From NCBI GenBank assembly GCA_036337765.1, contig JAYZDP010000152.1:17-64016 (forward strand): a stretch of DNA of 64,000 nucleotides, read 5' to 3'. The translations under genes and the position numbers were made by a program. This document shows positions 28,926 through 39,752 of this stretch, in pieces. How positions within the stretch are numbered: position 1 is the stretch's first letter; each line of letters begins with the position of its first letter. The stretch is from Acidobacteriota bacterium (GTDB taxonomy: Bacteria > Acidobacteriota > Thermoanaerobaculia > Multivoradales > Multivoraceae). The notes beneath the pieces are model-generated. The model saw only the letters and a list, made by a program, of their open reading frames with translations, did no database searches and was not told the origin of the DNA.

Positions 28926-30725
28926 ATGTCTCACCTGCAAAACAGCATCCTCGCCGTCACTCTACTGGCCGGCGTGGCTCTCGCTCCGGCACTTGGCGCC
29001 GACGGACCGCCTCTCGCCCTCACCCCGGCCGAGTACAACAACACCGTCGCCGATCTACTCGGCTTCCCCCGCGACGGTACCCAGTGGCCGGAGCGTTCGG
29101 CACTGGCGGACACGCTCAGTCCGCGTCGTAAGGCGAGCAAGGGCGTGTTCGCCCCCTCCCCACCGCCCGCCGTGTGGCCCTGGCGCTTCCCCGTCGAGCC
29201 GGGTGCGAACGGTTTCCAGGGCATCGACCAGGGTCAAGACCCGTCGTCGTACCAAGTCGAAGAGCTTCACCTGGCCGCCATGCATTTCGCCTCGTTCGTG
29301 CTCAGTTCGCCGAGCTTCTTCTCCTGCGAGGGCTGGGAGTCGATGGCACCGAGTGAGCAGGCGTCGTGCGCCGAGGCGAGTCTCGCGCGCTTTGCGCGCC
29401 GCGCATGGCGCCGGCCGCTCAGCGAGACCGAGCTCGCCAGGATGGCTGCGTTCTGGCAGCGTAACCAGCTGGAGAGCGACCTCGATCAGGCGGTCGCGAT
29501 GACCGCCGCGGGCATACTGCAGGCGCCGGCCTTCCACTTCCGGCTGCCGGCCGGAGCGAAGCCCTCGGTCTGGGATCTCGCCAACCGGCTGTCTTACTTC
29601 CTATGGGACTCGATGCCCGACAAGGCGCTGCTCACAGCGGCGGAGACAGGAGAGCTCGCGACCCGTGCCGGCATCGAAGCTCAGGCCCGGCGGATGCTCG
29701 ACGATCCGAAGGCACGCGACGCCGTGATCAAGTTCCACCACCGCTGGCTCGAGACCGACAAGACCCTACTGGTGGCGCCGGCCCGTCGCGCCTTCGGCTC
29801 GCGATTCGGTATCGCCCCGCAGATCAAGACTGCGTCCGACGACGACCTCGAGTGGCCGGCGATCATGGGTGCCGTTCGCCACTCTATGAAGCTCGAGACT
29901 GAGCTCTTCGTCGAACACACTGTTTTCGAAGGCGCCGGTACGTTGGAGGCGCTACTGACCCACAACCGTGGCTACATGTCCGAGGCCACGGCACCGATCT
30001 ATGGCGACGGCGCGCGCCGTATCGAGGGCGGCCAGACGGTTACGCGACCGGTCGACATCATCGTGGCGTCGATGGCCAAAGAGGTCGAGCTCACCCTCTA
30101 CCCGGCCGAGTTCCCAGCCCACCAGCGGGCGGGGGTGCTAACACTCCCGTCCGTCCTCGCGATCGGCGCCTACGCGGTGCAGCCCGGGCCCATTCTGCGC
30201 GGTGTACGGGTGCTCGAGCGCCTGGCCTGCATGGAGCTGGGGGCACCGGTCGAGGGCGCCGAGGCGGCGCTGCCGCCCGACACCCTCACGGCCGAGAGCA
30301 CCAACCGCGAACGTACGGCAACCGCCACCAGCCCGCCGGTGTGCCGGTCGTGCCACCGGAAGATCAATCCGCCGGGCTTCGCCTTCGAGCACTACGACGC
30401 CATCGGCTCCTGGCGAGCCGAGGACAACGGTCAGCCGGTAGACGCCAGCGGCACCCTGACCCTTGCCGGGGGCGAGACCCTCACCTTCACCGACGGCATC
30501 GACCTCGCCCACCAGCTGGCGCGCAGCGAGCGCGTGCACGACTGCTATGCCCTACACTGGACTCGTGTCGCACTGGGCCGCCAGCTCTCGCACTCCGCCC
30601 CCGAGCTGGGGCCGATCCAGGCAGCCTTCCGCGCTGACGACTCGATCCGTGGGCTGCTTGTAACGATCGCCACCAGCGATGTTTTCCGTCAAGGCCCCGC
30701 TAGCGTAGGAGCGCCAGTACGATGA
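28926..30725 (+). CDS. DUF1592-family protein lacking the N-terminal cytochrome c domain
   Basis: Signal peptide. DUF1592-type conserved regions (RLSYFLWDSMPD, ARDAVIKFHHRWLE). No N-terminal CxxCH. Confidence 0.8.
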   Translation: MSHLQNSILAVTLLAGVALAPALGADGPPLALTPAEYNNTVADLLGFPRDGTQWPERSALADTLSPRRKASKGVFAPSPPPAVWPWRFPVEPGANGFQGIDQGQDPSSYQVEELHLAAMHFASFVLSSPSFFSCEGWESMAPSEQASCAEASLARFARRAWRRPLSETELARMAAFWQRNQLESDLDQAVAMTAAGILQAPAFHFRLPAGAKPSVWDLANRLSYFLWDSMPDKALLTAAETGELATRAGIEAQARRMLDDPKARDAVIKFHHRWLETDKTLLVAPARRAFGSRFGIAPQIKTASDDDLEWPAIMGAVRHSMKLETELFVEHTVFEGAGTLEALLTHNRGYMSEATAPIYGDGARRIEGGQTVTRPVDIIVASMAKEVELTLYPAEFPAHQRAGVLTLPSVLAIGAYAVQPGPILRGVRVLERLACMELGAPVEGAEAALPPDTLTAESTNRERTATATSPPVCRSCHRKINPPGFAFEHYDAIGSWRAEDNGQPVDASGTLTLAGGETLTFTDGIDLAHQLARSERVHDCYALHWTRVALGRQLSHSAPELGPIQAAFRADDSIRGLLVTIATSDVFRQGPASVGAPVR

Positions 30726-32113
30726 TCTCGCGACGACAGCTCCTGCAGCTCGGCGGCCTGACCGCGCTCGGCGTCGGCTTTCCGCGCGGTGTTCGCGCGA
30801 CGAGCGATCCGATCCGCCGCCTGATCCTCGTCAGCCACTGTCACGGCTGGCCCTACGAGACCTGGAAGATGCGCCCAGAGGGCCGCTCTGTGGCCGAGCC
30901 CTGGTCGATCGATCTGGGGCCGCTCGCCGAAACCGAGCTCAGCCGCCCGCTCGCGCCGCTGTACGCGCACCGCCGCCGCGTCATCGCTCTGGACGGGCTC
31001 TCCCTGGCGACGGCCGAGCTCGACATCGGTGGCAACCGCCACGATCGCGGCTGGATCCATGCGTGGACCGGCAACAACGCCGACTTCGCCGCCAGCGATA
31101 CGCGGGCGACGTCGGCATCGCTCGATCAGCTGGTCGCGGCGCGAATCGCGCGATCGGATCGCATGCCCTCGCTCGAGCTGTCGGTGGACTCGGCGCTCGA
31201 AGCGGGCCGACCGATCAGCTACAGCGCCAGCGGCATCCGACTGCCCGCCGAAGGCACGCCGCTGAGGGCGTGGGAGCGGGTCTTCGGCCCGGCATCCTCG
31301 GGCGACGCAGTCGGCAAGCGCCGCCGGTCGACGCTCGACTTCGCCTACCGTGAGTACCAGCAGCTCGCACCGAGACTCGATGCCGCCGGGCGCGAACGGG
31401 TCGAGTCACACTTCGATCTGGTGGAGCGGCTCGGCGGACGTCTGGAGGGGTTGGCCAACCTCGCCTGCGACGCCCCTCCTCGTCCACCTGTGGCCTTCGA
31501 GCAATACGATCTGCAGTTCGACGCCTTCACCGACATCATCGCGGCGGCCTTCGCCTGCGACATCACCCGCGTGGTGACGCTGTCGCTCGGCGAGATGCCG
31601 ACGGCCGAGTTCGGCGCCGAGCACATCAGCGACAAGGTCCACAAGGGTATCGCCCACTACATCTACGACGACCCGGTGAAGTATGGCGCCATGACCGACT
31701 ACGCCGGCACCCACGCCGCCCAAGTGGCACGGCTCGTGTCGACGCTCGACAACGTCTCGGACCCCGCCGGAGGCTCGGTGATGGACCACACGCTCATCGT
31801 CTGGGGCTCCGAGCTCGGCGACGGCTGGCACGGCTACAGCCGCTACTGTCCGGTGCTGATCGGCGGCGACTGGGCCTTCCGGACCGGCCGCTACATGTAC
31901 TGGCCGCAGGACACGCCAGCCGAGATGCGAGTCCCGACCCAGGTGCTCCCGAGCGGCACGACCCGGCTCGCCGGAGTGCCCCACCAGCGCATGCTGGTGA
32001 GCGTCGCCCGCGCCATGGGAATCGATGTCGACCACGTGGGTCTCGAGCACGTGCGCGGCCAGCGCGGCGACTTCATCGACCTTCACGGCCCGATGCCGGC
32101 CCTCGTCGCCTAA
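30722..32113 (+). CDS. DUF1552-family protein (Tat-type N-terminus)
   Basis: ISRRQLLQLGGLTALGVG Tat-like signal. ATGA overlap with the preceding DUF1592 gene. Confidence 0.85.
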   Translation: MISRRQLLQLGGLTALGVGFPRGVRATSDPIRRLILVSHCHGWPYETWKMRPEGRSVAEPWSIDLGPLAETELSRPLAPLYAHRRRVIALDGLSLATAELDIGGNRHDRGWIHAWTGNNADFAASDTRATSASLDQLVAARIARSDRMPSLELSVDSALEAGRPISYSASGIRLPAEGTPLRAWERVFGPASSGDAVGKRRRSTLDFAYREYQQLAPRLDAAGRERVESHFDLVERLGGRLEGLANLACDAPPRPPVAFEQYDLQFDAFTDIIAAAFACDITRVVTLSLGEMPTAEFGAEHISDKVHKGIAHYIYDDPVKYGAMTDYAGTHAAQVARLVSTLDNVSDPAGGSVMDHTLIVWGSELGDGWHGYSRYCPVLIGGDWAFRTGRYMYWPQDTPAEMRVPTQVLPSGTTRLAGVPHQRMLVSVARAMGIDVDHVGLEHVRGQRGDFIDLHGPMPALVA

Positions 32114-32129
32114 GGCCTGGCTGGTCAGC

Positions 32130-32885
32130 TCAGCCGCGTCCCACCAGCGGCATGGTGGTGGCCATGACGGTCATGAACTGGACGTTGGCGTCGAGCGGCA
32201 GGCTCGCCATGTAAACCACCGCACGAGCCACGTTGTCGACGTCCATGGTCGGCTCGGGCTTGCGGGTGCCGTCGGCCTGAGTCACCCCCTTGCCCATGCC
32301 GGCGGTCATGTCGGTGAGCGCGTTGCCGATGTCAATCTGACCGCAGGCGATCGAGTACTTGCGTCCATCGAGGGATGTCGACTTGGTGAGGCCGGTGATC
32401 GCGTGCTTGGTCGAGGTATAGGGCGCCGAGTTGGGGCGCGGAGCGTGGGCTGAGATCGAGCCGTTGTTGACGATGCGGCCGCCCTGAGGGTCCTGGGCTT
32501 TCATCATGCGGAACGCCTCCTGTGTGCACAGGAAGGAGCCCGTCAGGTTGATGTCGACCACTCTTCGCCAGCGCTCGACCTTCAGGTCCTCTAGCGGGAT
32601 CGCCGGGGCGCCGATACCGGCGTTGTTGAAGAGCAGGTCGAGGCGACCGAAGCGCTCCTTGGTGGCGTCAAAGAGCGCCGCGACCGACGCCTCGTCCGCG
32701 ACGTCGGTCGGCACGGCGAGCATTCGGTCCCCGGCGTCCGATTCTTCGATCACCGTGTCGAGAAGCTCACCGCGGCGGCCAGCGATCGTCACGCTGAAGC
32801 CCTCGTCCACCAGCGCTAGCGCACTGTGCTTACCGATGCCGGTGCCGCCACCGGTGACGATCGCGACCTTGCCCACTTGGGTCAA
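32130..32885 (-). CDS. SDR-family oxidoreductase
   Basis: TGGGTGIG Rossmann motif. Classical SDR length of 251 aa. Confidence 0.85.
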   Translation of the reverse strand: MTQVGKVAIVTGGGTGIGKHSALALVDEGFSVTIAGRRGELLDTVIEESDAGDRMLAVPTDVADEASVAALFDATKERFGRLDLLFNNAGIGAPAIPLEDLKVERWRRVVDINLTGSFLCTQEAFRMMKAQDPQGGRIVNNGSISAHAPRPNSAPYTSTKHAITGLTKSTSLDGRKYSIACGQIDIGNALTDMTAGMGKGVTQADGTRKPEPTMDVDNVARAVVYMASLPLDANVQFMTVMATTMPLVGRG

Positions 32886-33388
32886 TCGCCGTCCTTCTCA
32901 GGATCGCCCTCCTGGACTCCGGGTTTCACGACCTTCCCCCACATGTGTCCGCCGAAGGCGTCGTGCTTCCACGTCCCCGCGTAGAGACCGTCATAGATCA
33001 GCACCCGAGCCGAGAACGAGCCCTCCATTCCTTCGATCGGCTCGTCGGTCAGGGTGATGACCGGAGTGTCGCCGGACCACACGACCTTGAAGGGCATCGG
33101 CAGGCTGATCTCGTTCTCCAGGTACTTCATTGTGGCGACGAAGAGCCACCGCCCGTCGTCGAGCTTTTCGACCTTCGACACCGAGTAGCTCTCAGGCTGG
33201 ATCGGGATGTTCATGCCGTCGATCGTGAACTGGCCCAGGAGTTGGGCGCCGTTCATCGTCTCCTCGAACATCCGGTCCCGCTCCTCCTGCGAAGTCTCGG
33301 CCGTTGCGGACCCCGAGAACGGGAGCAGTAGGAGCGCGACCAGCGCGGCGAGTCCGGCGATGGATCGTTGGGGTGTTCGGCTGTTCAC
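32882..33388 (-). CDS. Secreted hypothetical protein
   Basis: GTG start with a GGAG RBS. Signal peptide [21 protein letters not shown]. Its stop overlaps the SDR start. Confidence 0.5.
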   Translation of the reverse strand: MNSRTPQRSIAGLAALVALLLLPFSGSATAETSQEERDRMFEETMNGAQLLGQFTIDGMNIPIQPESYSVSKVEKLDDGRWLFVATMKYLENEISLPMPFKVVWSGDTPVITLTDEPIEGMEGSFSARVLIYDGLYAGTWKHDAFGGHMWGKVVKPGVQEGDPEKDGD

Positions 33389-33612
33389 TATTGAGCTCCT
33401 TTCGAGAGCAACTCCATGGCCTTTTCCAGCGCAGGGTCGCGGCCGGAGTCGAGATCGACCTGCCGAAAGACTGCCACCTCGATGTCGGGCGGGACGCCAG
33501 GGCCGTCGAGACTCGCGGACAGCGGCGCTTCGGCCGGCTGGTCCACTGTCTGACAAGCCACAGCGGCAACGAGCAAGCTCGCCGACGCCAGGCAGAGACC
33601 AGGGTGGCGCAT
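33388..33612 (-). CDS. Small lipoprotein (~74 aa)
   Basis: MRHPGLCLASASLLVAAVAC lipobox-like signal. AGGA RBS 8 nt upstream. Stop overlaps the downstream GTG start. Confidence 0.4.
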   Translation of the reverse strand: MRHPGLCLASASLLVAAVACQTVDQPAEAPLSASLDGPGVPPDIEVAVFRQVDLDSGRDPALEKAMELLSKGAQ

Positions 33613-33632
33613 GCGGGGCATCCTAACCGCGA

Positions 33633-34436
33633 TCAGTCCCAGCGCCCGGTGAAGCGGATATTGCTCTTCTCGAGACCATCGAGGACGACTTGGACGCCGC
33701 CGCTTCGCACCATCCACTCCAGACGGTGATCGCGATACTGACGTTTGAAGCGGCCCTGCTCCACGAGGTCGGCCACTCCCGCCAACCCCGCCGCGGCCTG
33801 TGCGGCGGCTTGACGAACCTCGCTGACACTGTCACGCGCGTTGGCGCGCTCGAGCCACGAGGCGAAGCCAGAGCCTGGCTCGGGTGCGTGCCCGAAGCCG
33901 ACCGCGCCATTGACGAACGGCACGACCGCCAGGTCGGCCCAGCCAAAGGCATCGCCATTGAACCAGAGTCGATCCCCGAGCCGCTCACCGAGCCACCCAT
34001 GCAACGAACCCAGCTGGGCGGCCGCACGCGCCTCCAGTGCTGCCGCCAGCTCACCCTGGGCCCGGCCGAAGTGGCGGATCTCGGCCAGCCCCCAGGTGAT
34101 GGCCTCGTAGTGGGTGTCGATCACGTCCTCGAGCATGCGAGCCCTGGCGCGATCGGCCGGTGCGGTTGGAAGCAGCGAAGGATCGGGGAAGCGATCCTCG
34201 AGATACTCCAACATGATCGTCGAGTCGAATATCTGGAGCTCCTCTTCGGCGTCTTCAACGATGAGAAGTGGCACCTCCAGGCGCGGGTTCCCGGATGCGA
34301 AGCCTGCGTCCGGGGCTGCACCGCTACCGATGCCCGACGGCAGGCGCAGCTCGAAGGGCACGCTTTTCTCCAGCAGGGCGATCTTGACCTTCTGCGCGTA
34401 GGCCGACAAAGGGTGCTCGTAGAGGACGACGGTCAT
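33633..34436 (-). CDS. Glutathione S-transferase-family protein
   Basis: MTVVLYEHPLSAYAQKVKIALLEKSVPFE thioredoxin-like GST N-domain plus a C-terminal helical domain. Confidence 0.8.
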   Translation of the reverse strand: MTVVLYEHPLSAYAQKVKIALLEKSVPFELRLPSGIGSGAAPDAGFASGNPRLEVPLLIVEDAEEELQIFDSTIMLEYLEDRFPDPSLLPTAPADRARARMLEDVIDTHYEAITWGLAEIRHFGRAQGELAAALEARAAAQLGSLHGWLGERLGDRLWFNGDAFGWADLAVVPFVNGAVGFGHAPEPGSGFASWLERANARDSVSEVRQAAAQAAAGLAGVADLVEQGRFKRQYRDHRLEWMVRSGGVQVVLDGLEKSNIRFTGRWD

Positions 34437-34574
34437 GGCAGCTCCGGTGCGTGCACAAGAGTGGAAGTACGCATGTCGGTAATCTTGCCACTTCCTCCGA
34501 TCCGGCCCTGCCCATGACAAGCCTCACCCCCTTCGACCTAGTCATTGGATTGTCAAATGGAGAGAGAGGGGGGG

Positions 34575-36566
34575 TTAGTCCCCCTCGGCGAGTGCCAGGG
34601 CGACGAGCTCGCTGGTCTGGCCGGGGCCGCCGAGCGGCACGACGATGTACTGGCGTCCCTCGTGGACGTACGTCATCGGGGCGCCGGTGGCTCCACCGCC
34701 GTCGAGCTGCATCTCGAAGACGCGCTCACCGGTTCGTTTGTCGAAGGCGCGGAACCCATGGCCGCCGACCCAGTCCCAGCCTTTGAAGGGCGCCCCGACC
34801 ATCGCCCGCTCGCCGTCGGCGCTGAAGAGCAGGGTCTTGGTCAAAAGCGGCGCGGCTCGACCCATGTTGCCGAGCGGCGGTAGGTCGAGGCCGGCGAGCT
34901 TGGGATGATCGCGCGGACCGTCGCCGTTGGCCGCGACCCATAGATGCTCTCCAGTGTCGAGAGCGATAGCGGTGATGCGGCCCCATGGAGGCTTGATCGC
35001 AGGAATCTCGCCCTCGAGGCCGACGTCGACCCACTCATTCTCCCAGCCGATCCGTGCGTCGACGTAGTCGACGTTTGCACGGGCGGGATCGACCGGCGGG
35101 TGCAGCCCGCGGATGCCATGCAAGTAGGTCACCGAAGGAACGTAGACGACGTGGGTCTCGGGGTCGTAGGCAGCGCCGCCCCAATTCGTGCCGCCTACCA
35201 TCGACGGCACCTGGATGTAGCCGCGGTAGCCGCCCCAGCCCTCGGGGATCGGCGGATCGAAGAGTGGGCCGATCTTCCACTCGGAGAGCACCGCCATGGC
35301 CTCGGCACGAAGCGCGGGGGTGAAATCGATCAGGTCGTCAACGCCGAGCCCTTGCAGGTCGTAGCCCTTCGGCCAGCTCGGGATCGGTTGCGTCGCCGCG
35401 GCCACCTCGCCCGGCACCCTCGACGCTGGCACCGGGGTCTCGACAATCGGCCAGACCGGCTCCCCCGTCACCCGGTCCAAGACATACAGAAAGGCCTGCT
35501 TCGACGCCTGCGCCAGGGCCTTTATGGGGCGGCCGTCAACGACAATGTCGGCGAGGATCGGGGCACAGGCGAAGTCGTAGTCCCACAGGCCGTGGTGCAC
35601 GGTCTGGAAATGCCACTTCAGCTCTCCGCTGCGCGCGTCGAGGGCGAGGATCGACTCGGCATGGAGGCCGTCGCCCAGACGATGACCGCCGTAGGTGTCG
35701 TTGTTCGGAGTCGTCGTTGGCGCGTAGACCATCCCGAGGTCCTCGTCACAGCTCATCCAGGCCCAGACGTTTGCGTGCCCGGTGTAGTCGGCGGAGCCGT
35801 CGTCCCAGGTCTCGTAGCCCGCCTCACCCTTGCGCGGGATGACGTGGAAGGTCCACAGCAACTCGCCGCTGCGCGCGTCATAGCCGCGCAGCATGCCCGG
35901 CAGGGCGCGCCGGTAGGCACCACCGGCAATGTCTCGCGTCGAGTTGCCCAAAACGACGGTGTCGTTGCAGACCACCGGCGGCGACGTCCAGCTGTAGTAG
36001 GGAATGCGCTCGCCGTCCCCCGCGTCGTGCCCGTCGGCGGCGCCGCCCTCGCCAAAGCCCGGGGCCGGCAGCCCGGTCTCGGCGTCGAGCGCCATCAGCC
36101 GACCATTGGCGGTGAAGAAGAAACGCTTCTTGGGGCCGTCTCTCCAGGACGTACCGCCGCGCAGCATGCGAAACCCGATGTCGCGCAGTGACGGCGACTG
36201 GCCCTCGCGGTAGGGATCCCAGAACCAGATCGACTCGCCGGTGGCGGGATCCAGCGCCGCTGCCGCACCCAGACCGGTCGCCATGAGCAGGCGACCATCG
36301 TCGTAGACCGGCGTGGTCTCGAAAAGCGCCGCAGGCTTCAAGGTGATGCTCTCGCCGAGACCGTAGTCTGGCGACTCTCGTCGCCACGCCACCTCCAGGC
36401 GGTGCACGTTGCCGGCGTGGATCTGATCGGCGCGCGAGTACTTGGTCGAGGCGTTGTCGCCCGCGTACTTCGGCCAGTCGCCGTTCTGCGCCACCGCAGG
36501 AGCCGCCGCGGCCGTGGCCACGAGCAGCACGAGGCACAGCCGCGGCCGAGCAATCGGAACACCCAT
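34575..36566 (-). CDS. PQQ-dependent dehydrogenase, beta-propeller quinoprotein, secreted
   Basis: Signal peptide. WxxYxGD...Y start (GDWPKYAGDNASTKYS). W-docking propeller repeats. 663 aa. Confidence 0.85.
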   Translation of the reverse strand: MGVPIARPRLCLVLLVATAAAAPAVAQNGDWPKYAGDNASTKYSRADQIHAGNVHRLEVAWRRESPDYGLGESITLKPAALFETTPVYDDGRLLMATGLGAAAALDPATGESIWFWDPYREGQSPSLRDIGFRMLRGGTSWRDGPKKRFFFTANGRLMALDAETGLPAPGFGEGGAADGHDAGDGERIPYYSWTSPPVVCNDTVVLGNSTRDIAGGAYRRALPGMLRGYDARSGELLWTFHVIPRKGEAGYETWDDGSADYTGHANVWAWMSCDEDLGMVYAPTTTPNNDTYGGHRLGDGLHAESILALDARSGELKWHFQTVHHGLWDYDFACAPILADIVVDGRPIKALAQASKQAFLYVLDRVTGEPVWPIVETPVPASRVPGEVAAATQPIPSWPKGYDLQGLGVDDLIDFTPALRAEAMAVLSEWKIGPLFDPPIPEGWGGYRGYIQVPSMVGGTNWGGAAYDPETHVVYVPSVTYLHGIRGLHPPVDPARANVDYVDARIGWENEWVDVGLEGEIPAIKPPWGRITAIALDTGEHLWVAANGDGPRDHPKLAGLDLPPLGNMGRAAPLLTKTLLFSADGERAMVGAPFKGWDWVGGHGFRAFDKRTGERVFEMQLDGGGATGAPMTYVHEGRQYIVVPLGGPGQTSELVALALAEGD

Positions 36567-36626
36567 CGGGATCCTCCTTCTGGTTGGAAGCTTCGAGACT
36601 GTATAGGAGTCGCGGACAGGCTCGTC

Positions 36627-37757
36627 TCAGGAGCGATCATCGAGTTCGATCGGGCGACCCTCGTCGATCGATCGATGCGCGGCAACCCCGATCGCCACGG
36701 CGAGAGCTCCGTCGCGCACACTCACTGCGACCTCTCGCTCGCCACGGATCGCATCCGCGAAGTGGCGGTGCTGCCAATACGTCGAGCCGTGATGGTGCCC
36801 TGCCGAGAGCAGGTCTGCCTCGACCGGGATCACGACCTCCTCGACGAGGTCGGAGCGCATGCGTCGCGGCTCGGAGTCGGAAGGTTCTGCGGCGGCGAGA
36901 TCCCGCCTACCGACGCGCACCAGCGACTGCGGCAAGAAGCACTCGACCTTGCCCCGGTCGCCTGTGACCACGATCTCCTGCTCGTGCTCGGATGCCTCGG
37001 CGAACATGCAGAGATCGAGCAGGCCGCGCACGCCGTCCTCGAAGTCGACGACCACGAAGGCGTTGTCGAGAATGTCGGGTACGCGGCCGTCGTAGCGCTC
37101 GTCGAGGTGGTTGACGTCCTGGGCGCCGGAGGCGAAGACCCGCAGGGGTCGCTTGCCCACGATCTGGACCATCAGGTCGAAGAAGTGACAGCACTTCTCC
37201 ACCAGGGTGCCGCCGGTGTTGTCGTTGAAGCGGTTCCAGTCACCGATCTTGGGCAGGAACGGGAAGCGATGCTCGCGGATCGCCACCATGACCGGGCGCC
37301 CGACGCTCCCTCCGCGCACTTCCTCGATCAGCCGAGCGACGGGCGCCATGTAGCGGTACTCCATTCCCACCCAGACGAGACCGGGATGATCCTGGGCCCG
37401 CTCGCGCACCCGCTCGCAGTCCTCGTTGGTGGTGCAGAGAGGCTTCTCGACCAGCAGGTGGAGCCGATGCCCCCACAGCTTCTCGAGGACGGCCCCATGG
37501 GTGTGATTCGGCGAAGCGATCACCACCGCGTCGAGCTCTCCAGCGGCGGCAAGCTCCCCGGCAGCTTCGTAGAGGGCGATCTCCTCGCCGAGATGCCGCC
37601 TCGCCCTCAGGCGCGACTCAGGGCGCGGATCGGCAACCGCCGTCACGCGGACGCGCAGGCCGTGCTCGCCCAACAGCGTGAGGTTGCGCGCGTGCTCGGC
37701 GCCCATCAGGCCGTAGCCAGCGATGCCGTAGCGCAGAACTGGCGGCTGAGTAGTCAT
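36627..37757 (-). CDS. Gfo/Idh/MocA-family oxidoreductase, cytoplasmic
   Basis: LRYGIAGYGLMG Rossmann motif. VEKPL motif. No signal peptide. Start chosen at MTTQPP. Confidence 0.85.
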   Translation of the reverse strand: MTTQPPVLRYGIAGYGLMGAEHARNLTLLGEHGLRVRVTAVADPRPESRLRARRHLGEEIALYEAAGELAAAGELDAVVIASPNHTHGAVLEKLWGHRLHLLVEKPLCTTNEDCERVRERAQDHPGLVWVGMEYRYMAPVARLIEEVRGGSVGRPVMVAIREHRFPFLPKIGDWNRFNDNTGGTLVEKCCHFFDLMVQIVGKRPLRVFASGAQDVNHLDERYDGRVPDILDNAFVVVDFEDGVRGLLDLCMFAEASEHEQEIVVTGDRGKVECFLPQSLVRVGRRDLAAAEPSDSEPRRMRSDLVEEVVIPVEADLLSAGHHHGSTYWQHRHFADAIRGEREVAVSVRDGALAVAIGVAAHRSIDEGRPIELDDRS

Positions 37758-37830
37758 GTGCGCTAGAGGATCCCACGGCGGGCTCGCGGGCTGCGAACGT
37801 GTCAGGATCCGGCCATCGAAGGAGATCGCG

Positions 37831-39738
37831 ATGCGCCGCTTTTCAGCCTTGCTCCTGATCGGAACCCTGATGACCGCCTGCTCCGGAGGCGACGACAACG
37901 ATGGGACATCGTCGCCGGGCGAGCCCGAAGCGCTGTCGACGGCCGCGCTCAGCCCCGCCGATCGCAACGCCTACTTCGGCGATCTGCACATCCACACCCG
38001 CTACTCCTACGACGCGTTCGTCTTCGGCACCCGCACCGGTCCCGACGACGCTTACGAGTACGCCAAGGGCAACCCGATCGAGCACCCGGCCGGCTTCGAG
38101 CTCAAGCTCGACCGGCCGCTCGACTTCCTCAGCGTCTCGGACCACGCCAACTACCTCGGCATGCTGCCGGCGATGCTCGATCCCGAATCGTCGGCCTTCG
38201 ACCACCCCGCAGGGGACATCGTGCGCAACGCCCGGACGCCCGCTGAGCGGCAGGGAATCTTCGCCGCCATGCAGCCCTACGTGCGTATCCACGAAGGCGA
38301 GGACCCGTCGATCCGCGGGCATCTCAAGATGGACGTGGTGCGCTCGGCCTGGGAGGAGATCATCGCCTCCGCCAACCGCCACAACGATCCGGGGCGATTC
38401 ACCGCCTTCATCGCCTACGAGTACACCTCGGCCGGAGCCGGAGGCATTTACGAGAACCTGCACCGCAACGTCGTGTTTCGCGGCGATCGCGGCCCCCAAG
38501 CGCCGTTCTCTCGACTCGACTCCTACAACCCCGAGAACCTGTGGGCGAAGATGGACGAGTGGCGCGCCGACGGTATCGAGGCGCTCGCCATTCCCCACAA
38601 CACCAACGGCTCCGGCGGCCGGATGTTCGAGTACGAGTATTTCGCGGGTGGCGCGATCGATCGCGCCTACGCCGAGACCCGGATGCGCAACGAGCCGCTG
38701 GTCGAGATTACCCAGACCAAGGGCACCTCGGAGACTCATCCGGCGTTATCGCCCAACGACGAGTGGGCAGACTTCGAGATCATGCCCTACCGGGTCTCTA
38801 CCCGCATCCACTCAGAGCCGCCAGGCAGCTACGTACGCGACGCCTATCGCCGGGGTCTGGAGATCGCTGAGGGTGGAGTGCCGAACCCCTACAAGCTCGG
38901 CGTGATCGGATCCAGCGACACGCACGTGTCGGCCGGTGCATTTCGCGAGGAGGAGTTCTGGGGTGCCTCGGGCCTGACGACCGAGACGCCCGAGCAACGG
39001 GGCTCACGGCCGAGCCCCGATCCCGGCTCGGAGAGGTTCACGATCGACGACGGCAGCAGTCGGATCTTCCGCGACACGCCCTCGACCACCAACGGCGCGT
39101 CGGGTCTTGCGGGTGTCTGGGCCGAGCACAACACTCGTGACTCGCTTTTCGATGCGATGCGGCGCAAGGAGACTTTCGGCACCTCGGGAACGCGCATCCG
39201 GGTGCGCTTCTTCGGCGGCGCGGGCCTCGGCGGGCTGAGCGTCGACGATGGGGACCTGGTGGCCAAGGCCTACGCCGGAGGCGTGCCCATGGGCGGGGAT
39301 CTCGGCCCCGAAGCAGAGGCTCCAAGCTTTCTGATCTGGGCGATGCGCGACGCTCAGGCCGCGCCGCTTCAGCGCCTGCAGGTCGTCAAGGGGTGGTGGT
39401 CGGACGGCAAGAGTCACGAGGAGGTGATCGACGTCGCCTGCTCGGACGGTCTCACGGTCGATGCCGACACCGGGCGCTGCCCGGACAACGGCGCCTCGGT
39501 CGACCTTGCGACCTGCGAGCCCACCGGCGAGGGCGGTGCCAGCGAGCTGAAGGTGCTCTGGACCGACCCCGACTTCGACCCCGGCCAGCGCGCCTTCTAC
39601 TACACCCGCGCGTTGGAGAACCCGACCTGCCGCTGGTCGACCTGGGACGCCCTGCGGGCCGGCATCGAGCCCCGGCAGGACTTTCCCGCGACGATTCAGG
39701 ACAGAGCCTGGTCCTCCCCGATCTGGTTCACCCCCTAG
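37831..39738 (+). CDS. DUF3604-family lipoprotein with PHP-like HxH motif (paralog of 15225..17153)
   Basis: GGAG RBS. Lipoprotein signal LLLIGTLMTAC. YFGDLHIHTRYSYDAF. Confidence 0.7.
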   Translation: MRRFSALLLIGTLMTACSGGDDNDGTSSPGEPEALSTAALSPADRNAYFGDLHIHTRYSYDAFVFGTRTGPDDAYEYAKGNPIEHPAGFELKLDRPLDFLSVSDHANYLGMLPAMLDPESSAFDHPAGDIVRNARTPAERQGIFAAMQPYVRIHEGEDPSIRGHLKMDVVRSAWEEIIASANRHNDPGRFTAFIAYEYTSAGAGGIYENLHRNVVFRGDRGPQAPFSRLDSYNPENLWAKMDEWRADGIEALAIPHNTNGSGGRMFEYEYFAGGAIDRAYAETRMRNEPLVEITQTKGTSETHPALSPNDEWADFEIMPYRVSTRIHSEPPGSYVRDAYRRGLEIAEGGVPNPYKLGVIGSSDTHVSAGAFREEEFWGASGLTTETPEQRGSRPSPDPGSERFTIDDGSSRIFRDTPSTTNGASGLAGVWAEHNTRDSLFDAMRRKETFGTSGTRIRVRFFGGAGLGGLSVDDGDLVAKAYAGGVPMGGDLGPEAEAPSFLIWAMRDAQAAPLQRLQVVKGWWSDGKSHEEVIDVACSDGLTVDADTGRCPDNGASVDLATCEPTGEGGASELKVLWTDPDFDPGQRAFYYTRALENPTCRWSTWDALRAGIEPRQDFPATIQDRAWSSPIWFTP

Positions 39739-39752
39739 CGGGGGACGCAGCC

